From an uncultured Gemmatimonadales bacterium (GTDB taxonomy: Bacteria > Gemmatimonadota > Gemmatimonadetes > Gemmatimonadales > GWC2-71-9): a stretch of DNA of 64,000 nucleotides. The stretch lies in NCBI GenBank assembly GCA_963748815.1, contig CAVVKJ010000007.1, forward strand, positions 31,173 to 95,172. The letters are read 5' to 3'. Below are positions 18,172-27,746 of this stretch, piece by piece (the first letter of the stretch is position 1; each line of letters starts with the position of its first letter). Below the pieces are notes generated by a model, which saw nothing but the letters and a program-made list of their open reading frames with translations, was not told where the DNA came from and made no database searches. The position numbers and the translations under genes are program-made.

Positions 18172-19196
18172 GCGGCTGGCGACGGCGGCGCGGGCGCGTC
18201 GCCGCTGAGGCTCACGTACTCCTCGTTGTACATCCGGACCAGTTCAAAGAAGTAGGAGAGCGCGAGCGGGCCGATCAGCAATCCCAGCAACCCGAGGTAG
18301 CGAACGCCGGCGAACGCACCGAGGATGGTGATGAGGGGATGCGTCTGGGCCCAGCGACGGAAGACGATGGGCCGGATGACGTTATCGACGTTGCCGACGA
18401 TCAGCGCGCCGAAGGCCAGCATCCCGAGAGCGGCGAGGTGCGAACCTTCCAGGTAGAGGACGACCGCCGCCGGAATCCAGACGAGCCCGCTGCCGACCAC
18501 GGGGAGGATGGCGAAGACGATGGTCACCACACCCCAGAACGCCGCGTTGGGGAGGCCGGCCAGCGCGATGGCCACGCCCACCATGAGGCCCTGGATGCTG
18601 GCCGTCACGCCGGTTCCGATGACGGTCGAAATCGTCACGGCCCGAAACCGCTCGCGCAGCAGTTCGGCGCTGGCGGCGCTGAACGGGATATAGGGACGGA
18701 TGGCGAGCCAGGCCGTGCCTTCCGTGACCAGCATGAAGTACAGCACGAAGAACGCGATGGCCAGATTGAAGCCCATGAGCGTGACGGTCCCCACCGCGGC
18801 GAACGCGCCGCGCCCAATGCCGCCGATCACCGTCTGGCCCACCTTGACGAGTTCGGGACCCACCGCGTATCCGGCCACCGTGAGCGACCGCAGCTTGGCC
18901 AGCGAGGGGTTCTGCACCAGGTGGGACACCACATCCTGGGCCTGCCCGACGATCATCGTGAGGAGCCAGGAACCGGGGACGATGATGAGCAGGACCGCCA
19001 CGAGCACGGTCAGTCCCGACGCCAGCGCCGGGCTCAGGCGCCTGGTGAACCGCTTGTAGACCGGCTCGAAGATGACGTAGAAGACCGGCGCGGCGAGGAG
19101 TCCGGAGACAAACGGCGCCAGCGCCACGAGGATGCCGACGCCCAGCAACAGGATCAGAATCGCGGCTCGTCCCTGACGGGTACTGACGTTGATCAT
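18168..19196 (-). CDS. AI-2E family transporter
   Basis: Multi-TM, LPVVGSGLVWIP, VDNVIRP, HPLITILG..G...GLLIGP. Confidence 0.88.
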   Translation of the reverse strand: MINVSTRQGRAAILILLLGVGILVALAPFVSGLLAAPVFYVIFEPVYKRFTRRLSPALASGLTVLVAVLLIIVPGSWLLTMIVGQAQDVVSHLVQNPSLAKLRSLTVAGYAVGPELVKVGQTVIGGIGRGAFAAVGTVTLMGFNLAIAFFVLYFMLVTEGTAWLAIRPYIPFSAASAELLRERFRAVTISTVIGTGVTASIQGLMVGVAIALAGLPNAAFWGVVTIVFAILPVVGSGLVWIPAAVVLYLEGSHLAALGMLAFGALIVGNVDNVIRPIVFRRWAQTHPLITILGAFAGVRYLGLLGLLIGPLALSYFFELVRMYNEEYVSLSGDAPAPPSPAA

Positions 19197-19287
19197 CGCA
19201 AGGCTCCCTGGGGCTCGGCGGAACAAGGCCGTAATCTAGCGCCACGTTCCGTGGCCTGCCCACCCGGTGGGGCGGTATCTTACCGAG

Positions 19288-20577
19288 ATGACACGCACGC
19301 CCGGGCGCGTCCTCCTTGTCGCCATCGCCATGATGGCCGGCGCCGTGCCCGCCGCCTCGGCGCAGCGCGGCGGCACCGTCGAACTCGTTCCGCTCGGCCG
19401 CTACGCCTTCTTTCCCGACTCCCTGGCGCTCACGAGCGGCTTCGGCGTCGGCGCCGAGGTCGGTCTCTTCGTCACCAAGAAGCTGAGCCTGGAGATCGGC
19501 GGCAGCTTCGCCGCCACGAGCCTCCCCGACTCGACCACCGTGCAGGTGCGTTCGCTGACCGGTCGGTTCCTGGTTCACCTTCCCCTGCAGGGAGGGACCA
19601 GCGCGCTGTTCGGCCTCGGGTACACGCGCACCCGCTACGCCCAGGGGCTCGATCTCGACCAGGAGGGCGCGGGCGGGCTGGTCGGATTCCGCTTCGGCCT
19701 CGGACCGCGGCTGGGACTCCGGGTGGAGGCGACCGCCGACTACGTCGCCCCGCCCGGCGCACAGAACGACCGGGAATGGGACCTGGCGCTGCAGGTGGGG
19801 CTGTCGATGTTCGCCGGCCCCCTCGGTGCGCGGGACAGCGATCGTGACGGCGTGCCCAACAAGGAGGACCGCTGTCCGGGAACTTCCGCGGGCGAGCCCG
19901 TCGATCCGACCGGGTGCCCGCTCGCGAAAGACGCCGATGCCGACGGGGTGCTCGACGGTGGGGATCGCTGCCCCGGAACACCGCGGGGGCAGCGGGTGGA
20001 CCTGACCGGCTGCAACGCAGACCTCGACGGGGACGGCGTGGCGAACGCCATCGACAGGTGCCCCGCGACGCCCCCCGGCACCGCGGCCGACCAGTTCGGG
20101 TGCCCCCCACCGGCCGCCCCCTCCGACTCCGACCTCGACGGCGTGCCCGACATGCGGGACCGCTGCCCGGGGACTCCCGCGGGGACTCCGGTCGACGCCC
20201 TCGGCTGTCCGACGCCCGCCGTCGTGAGGGACACCACACCTCGCCTGATCCTGCACGGCGTGACCTTCGCGACGGGGAGCGCCACGCTCACGCCGGGGGC
20301 GCAGTCATCCCTTCGCGTCACGGCGGCGTCGCTGCTCGGCCAACCGGCCGTGCGCCTCGAGGTGGCCGGGTACACGGATGACACCGGCTCACGCGCCGTG
20401 AACGAGCGCCTGTCGCAGGCCCGCGCGGAATCGGTACGCGCCTTTCTCGTCTCGTCGGGTGTCCCGTCGGACCGGTTGACGGCACGCGGATACGGCCCAG
20501 CCGATCCGCTCGCGAGCAACGCCACCGCCGAAGGGAGAGCACTCAACCGGCGCGTGGAATTGCGCCGCCTCGACTGA
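19288..20577 (+). CDS. OmpA family outer-membrane protein (N-terminal beta-barrel, thrombospondin type-3 repeats, OmpA C domain)
   Basis: Signal peptide, four DxDxDGVxDxxDRCPxTP repeats, VTFATGSA, GYTD, LSQARAESV, NRRVE. Confidence 0.92.
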   Translation: MTRTPGRVLLVAIAMMAGAVPAASAQRGGTVELVPLGRYAFFPDSLALTSGFGVGAEVGLFVTKKLSLEIGGSFAATSLPDSTTVQVRSLTGRFLVHLPLQGGTSALFGLGYTRTRYAQGLDLDQEGAGGLVGFRFGLGPRLGLRVEATADYVAPPGAQNDREWDLALQVGLSMFAGPLGARDSDRDGVPNKEDRCPGTSAGEPVDPTGCPLAKDADADGVLDGGDRCPGTPRGQRVDLTGCNADLDGDGVANAIDRCPATPPGTAADQFGCPPPAAPSDSDLDGVPDMRDRCPGTPAGTPVDALGCPTPAVVRDTTPRLILHGVTFATGSATLTPGAQSSLRVTAASLLGQPAVRLEVAGYTDDTGSRAVNERLSQARAESVRAFLVSSGVPSDRLTARGYGPADPLASNATAEGRALNRRVELRRLD

Positions 20578-20727
20578 CCGGGCCGCGGGCCACACCGCTC
20601 CCGCAGGAGATTTCTTCAACTCGCGTTCCGTTTCCCTTCATAGTTGGTAGGCAATTCTTCGCCAGTGGTCTGCGGCGTTCCCCTGCGGGGCCGCCGGCAC
20701 GACGCCTGAAACTTCAGGAGGAAGACG

Positions 20728-21933
20728 ATGTCAGTTCGCACTGCCTCGCTCGCTGGCGCCTTCGTGGCGGTCCTCGCCCTTTCTCTGCCCAGCGAGGCCT
20801 CGGCCATCCCCGCATTCGCCCGCAAGTACCGGGTGAGCTGCAGCCTCTGCCACAATCCCTTCCCCGCCCTGACGGCGTTCGGGGAGCAGTTTGCCGGCAA
20901 CGGATTCCGGATGGCCATCGACGAGGAACCGAGGGATACGATCGCCACCGGCGACGACCTCCTGACGCTGCCCTCCAGCCTCCCCCTCGCGCTGCGACTG
21001 GACGCCTACGCCCAGCTCTACTCCGACGGCAAGGCGGCCACCGACTTCCAGATGCCGTGGAACCTGAAGCTGCTCTCCGGCGGAACGCTCGGGAAGAAGC
21101 TGTCATACTACGTCTACTTCCTGCTGGCTGAGCGGGGAGAGGTGGCGGGCGTCGAGGACGCGTTCATCTACTGGAATGACATCGGCGGCGCGCCGGTGGA
21201 CCTCGCGGTCGGACAGTTCCAGGTCTCCGACCCGATGTTCAAGCGGGAGCTCCGGCTGGAAGTCATGGACTACGCCATCTACAAGGTGCTTGTCGGCCTG
21301 CAGCCCGCGAACCTGACCTACGACCGCGGCTTCATGGCCTCGGCGGACCTGGCGGGGTTCACGATCACCGGCACCCTGGTGAACGGGGACGGCATTCCGG
21401 CCATCAATCCGGCGTTCAAGTACGACAACGACGCGAACAAGAATCTCTTCGGGCACATCTCCCGCGACCTCGGCAGCCACGCCCGCCTCGGCCTGATGGG
21501 GTACACCGGGCGGCAGAACGGCGACATCTACGGATTCCCGGACCAGAACAACGACATCTCGATGTGGGGAGCGGACGCGACCTTTGGCGCGGGCATCTTC
21601 CAGCTCAACCTCCAGTACGTCGCCAGGACGGACACGGAGGCGGAGTTCATCCCCGATGAGCCGACGGTGGACACCAAGGGGGGGTTCGCCGAGGTCCTGG
21701 TGCGGCCGGTGGGAAGCCGCTGGTACGGGTATGGGCTGTACAACTACATCGAGGCCAACGCGCCGGTCCTGAACGTCAAGATGTTCGTGCCGATCGACGT
21801 GTCCGAGTACGAGTCGATCGCGGTCGGCGGCGGCTACCTGGTCTACCGGAACTTCAGGGTGTACGGCGAGTACGGGTATGACTTCAACAACGAGCTCAAT
21901 CGGTTGACCGCCGGTTTCACCACGGCATTCTGA
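20728..21933 (+). CDS. Cyc2-like fused monoheme cytochrome c/porin outer-membrane protein
   Basis: Signal peptide, then AIPAFARKYRVSCSLCHNPFPALTAFGEQFAGNGF (Cyc2-type N-terminal CxxCH motif), amphipathic beta-strands and C-terminal Phe. SD AGGAGG. Confidence 0.75.
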   Translation: MSVRTASLAGAFVAVLALSLPSEASAIPAFARKYRVSCSLCHNPFPALTAFGEQFAGNGFRMAIDEEPRDTIATGDDLLTLPSSLPLALRLDAYAQLYSDGKAATDFQMPWNLKLLSGGTLGKKLSYYVYFLLAERGEVAGVEDAFIYWNDIGGAPVDLAVGQFQVSDPMFKRELRLEVMDYAIYKVLVGLQPANLTYDRGFMASADLAGFTITGTLVNGDGIPAINPAFKYDNDANKNLFGHISRDLGSHARLGLMGYTGRQNGDIYGFPDQNNDISMWGADATFGAGIFQLNLQYVARTDTEAEFIPDEPTVDTKGGFAEVLVRPVGSRWYGYGLYNYIEANAPVLNVKMFVPIDVSEYESIAVGGGYLVYRNFRVYGEYGYDFNNELNRLTAGFTTAF

Positions 21934-21944
21934 GGAAGGGCCAC

Positions 21945-22349
21945 ATGTCTACCTATCGCGCCATCGGTGCCGCGGCCATCCTCCTGGGATGCACCGCCAT
22001 CCGCGCCGGTGCGCAGGCCCAGGCACCGACACCGACACCGCTCCCCGAAGGCGTCACGCCGGCCATGGTCACCCAGGGCGCCTCGATCTTCAAAGGCCCG
22101 GGGATGTGTTCTGTCTGTCACGGGATCGACGGGAAGGGAGGAGTGGGACCCAACCTCACTGATACCACGTGGATTCATTCGAAGGGAAGCTACGAGGAGA
22201 TCGTCCAGCAGATCACGACCGGTGTCCCGACCAAGGAATCGAAGAGCGGGATTCCCATGCCGCCCAAGGGGGGCAGTGGGATCAATGAGTCGCAGGTGAA
22301 GGCGGTGGCCGCGTACGTCTGGACGCTGAGCCATCCGGGCGCGAAGTAG
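21945..22349 (+). CDS. Periplasmic monoheme cytochrome c
   Basis: Signal peptide, CSVCH, GPNLTD, distal Met in MPPKGG. Confidence 0.9.
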   Translation: MSTYRAIGAAAILLGCTAIRAGAQAQAPTPTPLPEGVTPAMVTQGASIFKGPGMCSVCHGIDGKGGVGPNLTDTTWIHSKGSYEEIVQQITTGVPTKESKSGIPMPPKGGSGINESQVKAVAAYVWTLSHPGAK

Positions 22350-22352
22350 GCA

Positions 22353-23510
22353 CTACCGCACCTGCCTGCGCCCGCCGAACCAGAGAACTCCCCCGAGCGC
22401 GATGCCCAGGATGCCGAGCGCCGAGGGCCAGTACGGCGTGCGGCGGGGCTCTGGCAATCCCGCGTCGCGGATCTGCCGCCGCAGCTGCCCCTGAAACCAC
22501 GCGCCCAGCGACATCCCGGCCACTGCCTGAAAGGCCTCCGGGACGGGGCGGGTGCTCGTCCAGAACTCGGCAAAGCGCGCCGCCCCGAGGTCCTCCAACA
22601 TCATCGCGAGAAGGCCCTGCACCGCCATGCTGGGAAGGTCGAACTGGCCCTCAATCCCCCGCCGCATCACCCATTCATTGCCGACCACCCCACTCGGCAG
22701 CCAGTTGGAGGCTTCGGCCGGCGCCTCCAGGAACACCGCCTCACAGAGCTGCGGCCGATCGAAGACGCAGGCCTCGAGCATCATCGATTCGCCGTAAAAC
22801 GAGCCGCGCATTTGCCCGAGGAGGCGATACTGCCATCCCGGCGCCTCCACCGCGTCCGGCAACGAGATGAGCGGCTGGTAGTTGGGCGGGACGCTGGCCG
22901 CCACGTCCCAGAGGCGGGCGTCGAGCCAGGCGCGTACCTTCGGCCCCGGCGCCCCGAAGCGCGATTGGAACCAGCACGGACCCACGGCGCCAAGCCAGGG
23001 CGCCTGCCTCCAGGTGAACTGCTCGTAGCGGTTGAGCGCACTGTCCCCGGGCGAGACGATGTGCACTGTGGTGCAGACTTCTTCCGCATCACGGCGCGAA
23101 AAGAGCGCAAAGGAGGACAATGTTCCGGTGGGGAGGCTGGAGTCGTTCGGCCACTGGATGACCGCGAGGCGCACGGGAGCCCCCTGGAGTGCCGGTTCGG
23201 TGAGGGTGGAAAAGAGACTCTCCGCCACCTCGACCGCTGCCGACGCGCCCTCACCGAGAATGAGGACCGCGGGCGCAGCACCGACGGGATAGGTCGCGAA
23301 CGCGGAATCGACTCTGTCCCGCAATGCACCTGTCCGCACCTGCCACCCGAGGTGCCGGATGGAGTCCCTGAGCTCCCTTTGTGCCGTCCTGTCCGCCGCC
23401 AGCAGTCGGCGGGCGCGGCGGCTGCCGACGTTGCCACCGAAGACGGACCAGGCGGAGAGCACGACGGCCATCGCCGCGAGCGTGCCGAGCACGCGATTGC
23501 TCACCGCCAT
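22353..23510 (-). CDS. Hypothetical membrane-anchored protein (last gene of the YtrA/ABC operon)
   Basis: ATG 23510 overlaps the upstream gene end. N- and C-terminal hydrophobic helices. Confidence 0.65.
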   Translation of the reverse strand: MAVSNRVLGTLAAMAVVLSAWSVFGGNVGSRRARRLLAADRTAQRELRDSIRHLGWQVRTGALRDRVDSAFATYPVGAAPAVLILGEGASAAVEVAESLFSTLTEPALQGAPVRLAVIQWPNDSSLPTGTLSSFALFSRRDAEEVCTTVHIVSPGDSALNRYEQFTWRQAPWLGAVGPCWFQSRFGAPGPKVRAWLDARLWDVAASVPPNYQPLISLPDAVEAPGWQYRLLGQMRGSFYGESMMLEACVFDRPQLCEAVFLEAPAEASNWLPSGVVGNEWVMRRGIEGQFDLPSMAVQGLLAMMLEDLGAARFAEFWTSTRPVPEAFQAVAGMSLGAWFQGQLRRQIRDAGLPEPRRTPYWPSALGILGIALGGVLWFGGRRQVR

Positions 23511-24535
23511 CGGGGGCCTCGCAGGAGGAGGATCAGAATCGACGCCGACCAGAGCAGGCTGATCAGGAGTTCCGACGACGGATGGAGCGGACCGCGCGGC
23601 GAGGCATGCCGGACCTCGGCGATCCAGCGAACGAGCAGGGCGTCGAGCGGCACCCCAGCGGCCGCGGCGAGGCGGGATTCGAGCGGGAGTGACCGGTCGC
23701 GGACGAGCCGCTGAAAGGCGGAATCGCCGCCGGCGTCCAGCGCCAGCTCGACCAGGTACCTCCGCCCCTCGGCTCCGACGGGAGGAAGCAGCCGGAGGGG
23801 AGTCAACACCGCGCGACACGCCGACAAGTCGTTGCGACTCATGCACGACTGGCGATTCGCCAGGTCCGCCCCGTTGAGTTCTCCCTCGATCAGTTCCGCC
23901 AGCCGCGGCCAGGTGGAGGCGGAATACCACTCCCCGAGCGTGTCGGCCGCCAGGCCAAGCCCGATCGAGACGGCACACTTCGATGCGACACCCTCGAGAC
24001 ACGCCACATTGGAGCGCGCCGGCCGTCGGGCGAGCTGGACCACGACGTCCTTCAGGGCGCCTCTATCGACAAGGAGCCCGGGCACGTTGCCCCGCAGCCA
24101 GCCGGTGAGGACAGGGTCCTCGTGCTGCCAGATGGCGCGGGCGCTCGTCCGCATGAACATGCCCGCAAGCTCGCGCACCGCCGAGGAATCGCTGCGCGTC
24201 GTTCCGGTGGGACCCCATTGCACCACCGGCACGTCGACCGATCCCACCACGGCAATCCCGAACTGCGCAATGAGCCCGCGCCACGCTTCCTCCGCCGCCT
24301 GCTGTACCAGCGGGCGATACGGCGCCGAGGTGGCGACGCGCAACCCTCCGACCACCACCGTGTCATTGGTCCTGGCTCGGCTGGCCGCGCTCTCGCGCGC
24401 GGCAATGGCGCGGTTGAGCGAATCGAGCCGGACCTCCATCCGCGCCAGGTTGGCGGCCGGATCCTGGGCGGCGGCCGGCGTCGTACCGGCCAGCCCCACC
24501 AGCAGAGCGATCCATCCGCGACGTCCCTTACACAT
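23501..24535 (-). CDS. Hypothetical exported protein with C-terminal TM anchor
   Basis: Signal peptide (AAA-Q), two Cys pairs, C-terminal hydrophobic helix followed by basic residues. Confidence 0.65.
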   Translation of the reverse strand: MCKGRRGWIALLVGLAGTTPAAAQDPAANLARMEVRLDSLNRAIAARESAASRARTNDTVVVGGLRVATSAPYRPLVQQAAEEAWRGLIAQFGIAVVGSVDVPVVQWGPTGTTRSDSSAVRELAGMFMRTSARAIWQHEDPVLTGWLRGNVPGLLVDRGALKDVVVQLARRPARSNVACLEGVASKCAVSIGLGLAADTLGEWYSASTWPRLAELIEGELNGADLANRQSCMSRNDLSACRAVLTPLRLLPPVGAEGRRYLVELALDAGGDSAFQRLVRDRSLPLESRLAAAAGVPLDALLVRWIAEVRHASPRGPLHPSSELLISLLWSASILILLLRGPRWR

Positions 24536-25184
24536 CAATCAGCATCCAGCGAGACCGAAAGATGGCCAGCGGGCTGTAGGGGCTGAGGAGGGCATCCGCG
24601 ACCGCCCCCATGGGACTCCACCCCAGCGAGACGAGGTCCGCGAGCAGGGAGGCCACGATCAGCAGCAGGAACAGCGCGACGACGCCTCGCGCGGCGCGCG
24701 GGGTCAGTCCGTTGAGCGCAAAGAGAATGGTGTATGCCGAGAGTCCGGCGAGGAAGAACCGGAGGCTGATCCCGAAGGGATAGCCGTGCAGCAACGGCGG
24801 CAGGGAGAGGCGGCTCGTGGCGACCAGCGCCGACAGGTTCATCGCCACGGTCACGACGAGGAGGAGGCACACCCCGGCCGCGTAGCGGAGCAACAGGTAG
24901 CGGTGGCGCGCAATCGGCAGGGTCAGGGCGTAAACATGCCTGGTGCGGTGGTCGGGCCACCATGCTCCCGCCGAGAGCAGCAGGGCCGCGAGCAACGCGA
25001 TGATCGGATACGCTGCACCCCACTGGGCTGTCGACGCGAGGAGCTCCCAGGCGGCCCACGGGTTGCCCGGCGACCAGCTCCCCCGCAGCGAGAGGAGCGG
25101 GACGGCAACGGCCGCTGCCGCCAGGACCAGCACGGCCAGGCGGCTCTCGCGCCACTGGGTGAAGAGCATCATCCGGAACATCAT
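24528..25184 (-). CDS. ABC-2 type permease
   Basis: Multi-TM, YALTLPIARHRYLLLRY motif, coupled to the ATPase gene. Confidence 0.75.
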   Translation of the reverse strand: MMFRMMLFTQWRESRLAVLVLAAAAVAVPLLSLRGSWSPGNPWAAWELLASTAQWGAAYPIIALLAALLLSAGAWWPDHRTRHVYALTLPIARHRYLLLRYAAGVCLLLVVTVAMNLSALVATSRLSLPPLLHGYPFGISLRFFLAGLSAYTILFALNGLTPRAARGVVALFLLLIVASLLADLVSLGWSPMGAVADALLSPYSPLAIFRSRWMLIDV

Positions 25185-26077
25185 GCCTCCCGGTCTGAGG
25201 GGTGGCGAGCGCTGCGCAGCAGTTCCACGAAAGCCTCCTCGAGGTCCAGGTCCACGACCTCCCTGAGCGGGTGGGCTTCGCCAAACCAGGAGGACATTTC
25301 GGGCTGCCATCCGCGCACGGTCCACACCTCGCCGCCGAGGCCGGCGTCGCCCCGCGCAATCACGGAGAAGGGCGCTGCCGCCGACGACGCCCCCGCGGTC
25401 ACCCGCAGGCGCTTGAGCCCCGACTTGAATTCCTGCATCGGCAGCTGGGCCACGACGGTGCCCTGGTCGAGGACGCCGATCCAGTCACAAAACCGTTCGA
25501 GTTCGTGCACCAGGTGGCTCGAGATGAGCACGGTCGCGCCCGATTCGGTCACGTAGTCGAGGATCGCGTGCAGCGCCTCCCGCCGCACCACCGGGTCGAG
25601 ACCGTCGGTCGGCTCGTCGAGGAGAAGCAGGTCGGGCCGTTGCGCCAGCGCGAGCAGGATCATCGCCTTGCCCATCTCTCCTTTCGAGAGCCGGGAGAGC
25701 AGGCGGTTCATCGGCAGCCCGAACCGGTTGGCGAGTTCCCCGGACATTGCGTGGTCGAAGCGATGGTGGAAGGCGGCGTGAAGACTGATTGCCTCGGCCA
25801 CCGTGAGATTGGGGTAGAGCTGCGGCCGTTCGGGGACGTAGCCGACCCGGCCAAGGATCGACACGATGTCGGCCGGAACGTCCTCGCCGAGCACCTGGAT
25901 CGACCCACCGGACGGGCGGAGGAGTCCGAGGAGCAGCCGGATGGTCGTCGTCTTGCCGGCGCCGTTGGGGCCGAGGAAGCCGTAGACCGCACCGGCGGGC
26001 ACGGAGAGGTTCAGGTCGCGGAGTGCGAACCCCTCAATGTCGTATGAGAGTTCCCGGATGTGGATCGCGTCGGTCAT
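25181..26077 (-). CDS. ABC transporter ATP-binding protein (YtrB-like)
   Basis: GPNGAGKTT, LSKGE, LLLDEPTDGLDP, SSH. Confidence 0.93.
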   Translation of the reverse strand: MTDAIHIRELSYDIEGFALRDLNLSVPAGAVYGFLGPNGAGKTTTIRLLLGLLRPSGGSIQVLGEDVPADIVSILGRVGYVPERPQLYPNLTVAEAISLHAAFHHRFDHAMSGELANRFGLPMNRLLSRLSKGEMGKAMILLALAQRPDLLLLDEPTDGLDPVVRREALHAILDYVTESGATVLISSHLVHELERFCDWIGVLDQGTVVAQLPMQEFKSGLKRLRVTAGASSAAAPFSVIARGDAGLGGEVWTVRGWQPEMSSWFGEAHPLREVVDLDLEEAFVELLRSARHPSDREA

Positions 26078-26454
26078 GACCGTGCCTCCCCAAGCGCGTT
26101 TCGCAGTGCACTGAGCAGATCCTCACCCGTCAATCCCAATCCGACGGCGCGCGCGAGCATCTCGTTGGCCAGGCGAGTGCTCACCGCCGCCTGTTCCTCC
26201 GCCCGCCGACTCGTGGTGAGCTCGCGGACGTAGGTGCCAGAGCCTTGCCGGAGTTCCACCAGGCCGCTCCGCTCGAGGTCCCGATAGGCCTGGACCACCG
26301 TCCCCGGATTGAGCCGCAGCTTCACGGCGAGCTGCCGCACCGAAGGGAGCGCCTCGCCCGGGGCGAGGTCGCCGGCCGCAATGGCGGCGCGAAGCCGCTC
26401 CGCGAGCTGGGCGTACAGCGGGGTTGGAAGTGCCGGATCAAGGTGTTCGAACAT
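26074..26454 (-). CDS. GntR family regulator, YtrA subfamily
   Basis: PLYAQL...LPSVRQLA...NPGTVVQAYRDLE...GSGTYV with a short C-terminal domain, upstream of ABC genes. Confidence 0.9.
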   Translation of the reverse strand: MFEHLDPALPTPLYAQLAERLRAAIAAGDLAPGEALPSVRQLAVKLRLNPGTVVQAYRDLERSGLVELRQGSGTYVRELTTSRRAEEQAAVSTRLANEMLARAVGLGLTGEDLLSALRNALGEARS

Positions 26455-26459
26455 GGCCC

Positions 26460-26508
26460 TAGTGTGTTGGTGTTGCAATACACTAAGTCTTTGGTCGGCT
26501 ACTGTCAA
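26460..26508 (-). promoter_or_regulatory. sigma70 promoter with overlapping YtrA-type operator palindrome
   Basis: TTGACA (26508-26503), 17 nt, TAGTGT (26485-26480). Palindrome TAGTGTATTG-N6-CAACACACTA (26485-26460, 9/10 arm match). Confidence 0.8.
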
Positions 26509-26589
26509 TAGGTCGACAGCCGACCCGCCGGCGGCCACCTTCCCTGGGCGGTCCAAACCCTCAACCCTCGAGCGGCGTCTGAGCCTGCA

Positions 26590-27105
26590 GTGACCGACCC
26601 CATTCAGCGCGCCAAAGCTGGCGACCCGGATGCCTTTCGCATCCTGTACGAAGGCCACGTGGGGCGCATCTACGCCCTCTGCCTTCGGCTTGCCGGTGAC
26701 CCGGGCAAGGCGGAGGAACTGGTGCAGGACACCTTCATTCTGGCGTGGGAAAAGCTGCCGGGATTTCGAGGGGAGAGCGCCTTCGGCACCTGGATCTTCC
26801 GGATCGCCGTCAACGTGGCCCTCTCCGACCGCCGGGCGACCGGCCGCCGCGAGGCTCGGCTCGCGCCGATTGCCGACCCCGGGGCATTGCCCGTTTCGGG
26901 GCGGCCGGCCGACCCCGGAGACCGGATGGACATGGAGGACGCGATCGCCGGCCTGCCGCCGAAGGCACGGGCGGTGTTCCTCCTCTACGATGTCGAGGGG
27001 TACCAGCACGCCGAAATCGCCGAGATGACCGGCATCGCCGAGGGGACCTCCAAGACGCAACTCTTTCGAGCCCGCCGACTGCTGCGGGAGGCATTGTCCC
27101 GATGA
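26590..27105 (+). CDS. ECF RNA polymerase sigma factor
   Basis: AEELVQDTF, FGTWIFRIAVN, EIAEMTGIAEGTSKTQLFRAR. Confidence 0.93.
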   Translation: MTDPIQRAKAGDPDAFRILYEGHVGRIYALCLRLAGDPGKAEELVQDTFILAWEKLPGFRGESAFGTWIFRIAVNVALSDRRATGRREARLAPIADPGALPVSGRPADPGDRMDMEDAIAGLPPKARAVFLLYDVEGYQHAEIAEMTGIAEGTSKTQLFRARRLLREALSR

Positions 27106-27743
27106 CCTGCGACCAATTCGATCAGTGGCTCGACGCCTACCTGGATGGGGGACTCACCTCCGTCCAGCAGGGGAGCATGGACGCGCACCTGGCGGAGTGC
27201 GCTGCATGCCGCACCCACGCAGGGGAGATGCGCACCGTCCTCGCGGCGGCGACGTCGCTCCCCCGCAGCGTGGCCCCACCTCGGGACCTCTGGCCGGACA
27301 TCGCGGCGCGGCTTCCAGCCCGGCGCCCGATCGCCGCCGTCCGGCCCGCCGCCTGGGCTCGGTGGGCGCCGCTGGCGGCGGCAGCGCTGGTCCTGGTGAC
27401 GGTGACGGCCACCGTCACCTATCGGCTCTCCCGTCCGCGGGGACCCGACCCCGTCGTGGCCGTCGCGGAGCCTGCTCCCCTCGTCGGCTTCGCCGCCGAT
27501 CGCGAGTACGTGCTCGCCGCGGCGGACCTCGAGCGGGTGCTCGCAGAGGGTCGCGCGCACCTGGCACCGGCCACCGTCGCGATCATCGAACAGAACCTGG
27601 CGGTCATTGACGCCGCCATCGCCGAAGCGCGCGCCGCCCTCGCCGCCGATCCAGCCAACGCCGACCTTCGCGCGCTGCTCTGGGGCGCACACCGACAGAA
27701 ACTCGACCTGCTCGACCGGGCCACGCGCCTGACACGGAGCTGA
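27102..27743 (+). CDS. Zinc-finger (zf-HC2) anti-sigma factor
   Basis: MTC...HLAECAAC (HxxxCxxC), one TM segment, ATGA overlap with the sigma gene. Confidence 0.88.
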   Translation: MTCDQFDQWLDAYLDGGLTSVQQGSMDAHLAECAACRTHAGEMRTVLAAATSLPRSVAPPRDLWPDIAARLPARRPIAAVRPAAWARWAPLAAAALVLVTVTATVTYRLSRPRGPDPVVAVAEPAPLVGFAADREYVLAAADLERVLAEGRAHLAPATVAIIEQNLAVIDAAIAEARAALAADPANADLRALLWGAHRQKLDLLDRATRLTRS

Positions 27744-27746
27744 CGC

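Noticed and set aside
19830-20210. Repeated ~100-bp units as a possible CRISPR or DNA repeat array
   Set aside because: They are in-frame thrombospondin type-3 protein repeats of the OmpA protein, degenerate at the DNA level, and no cas genes are present.
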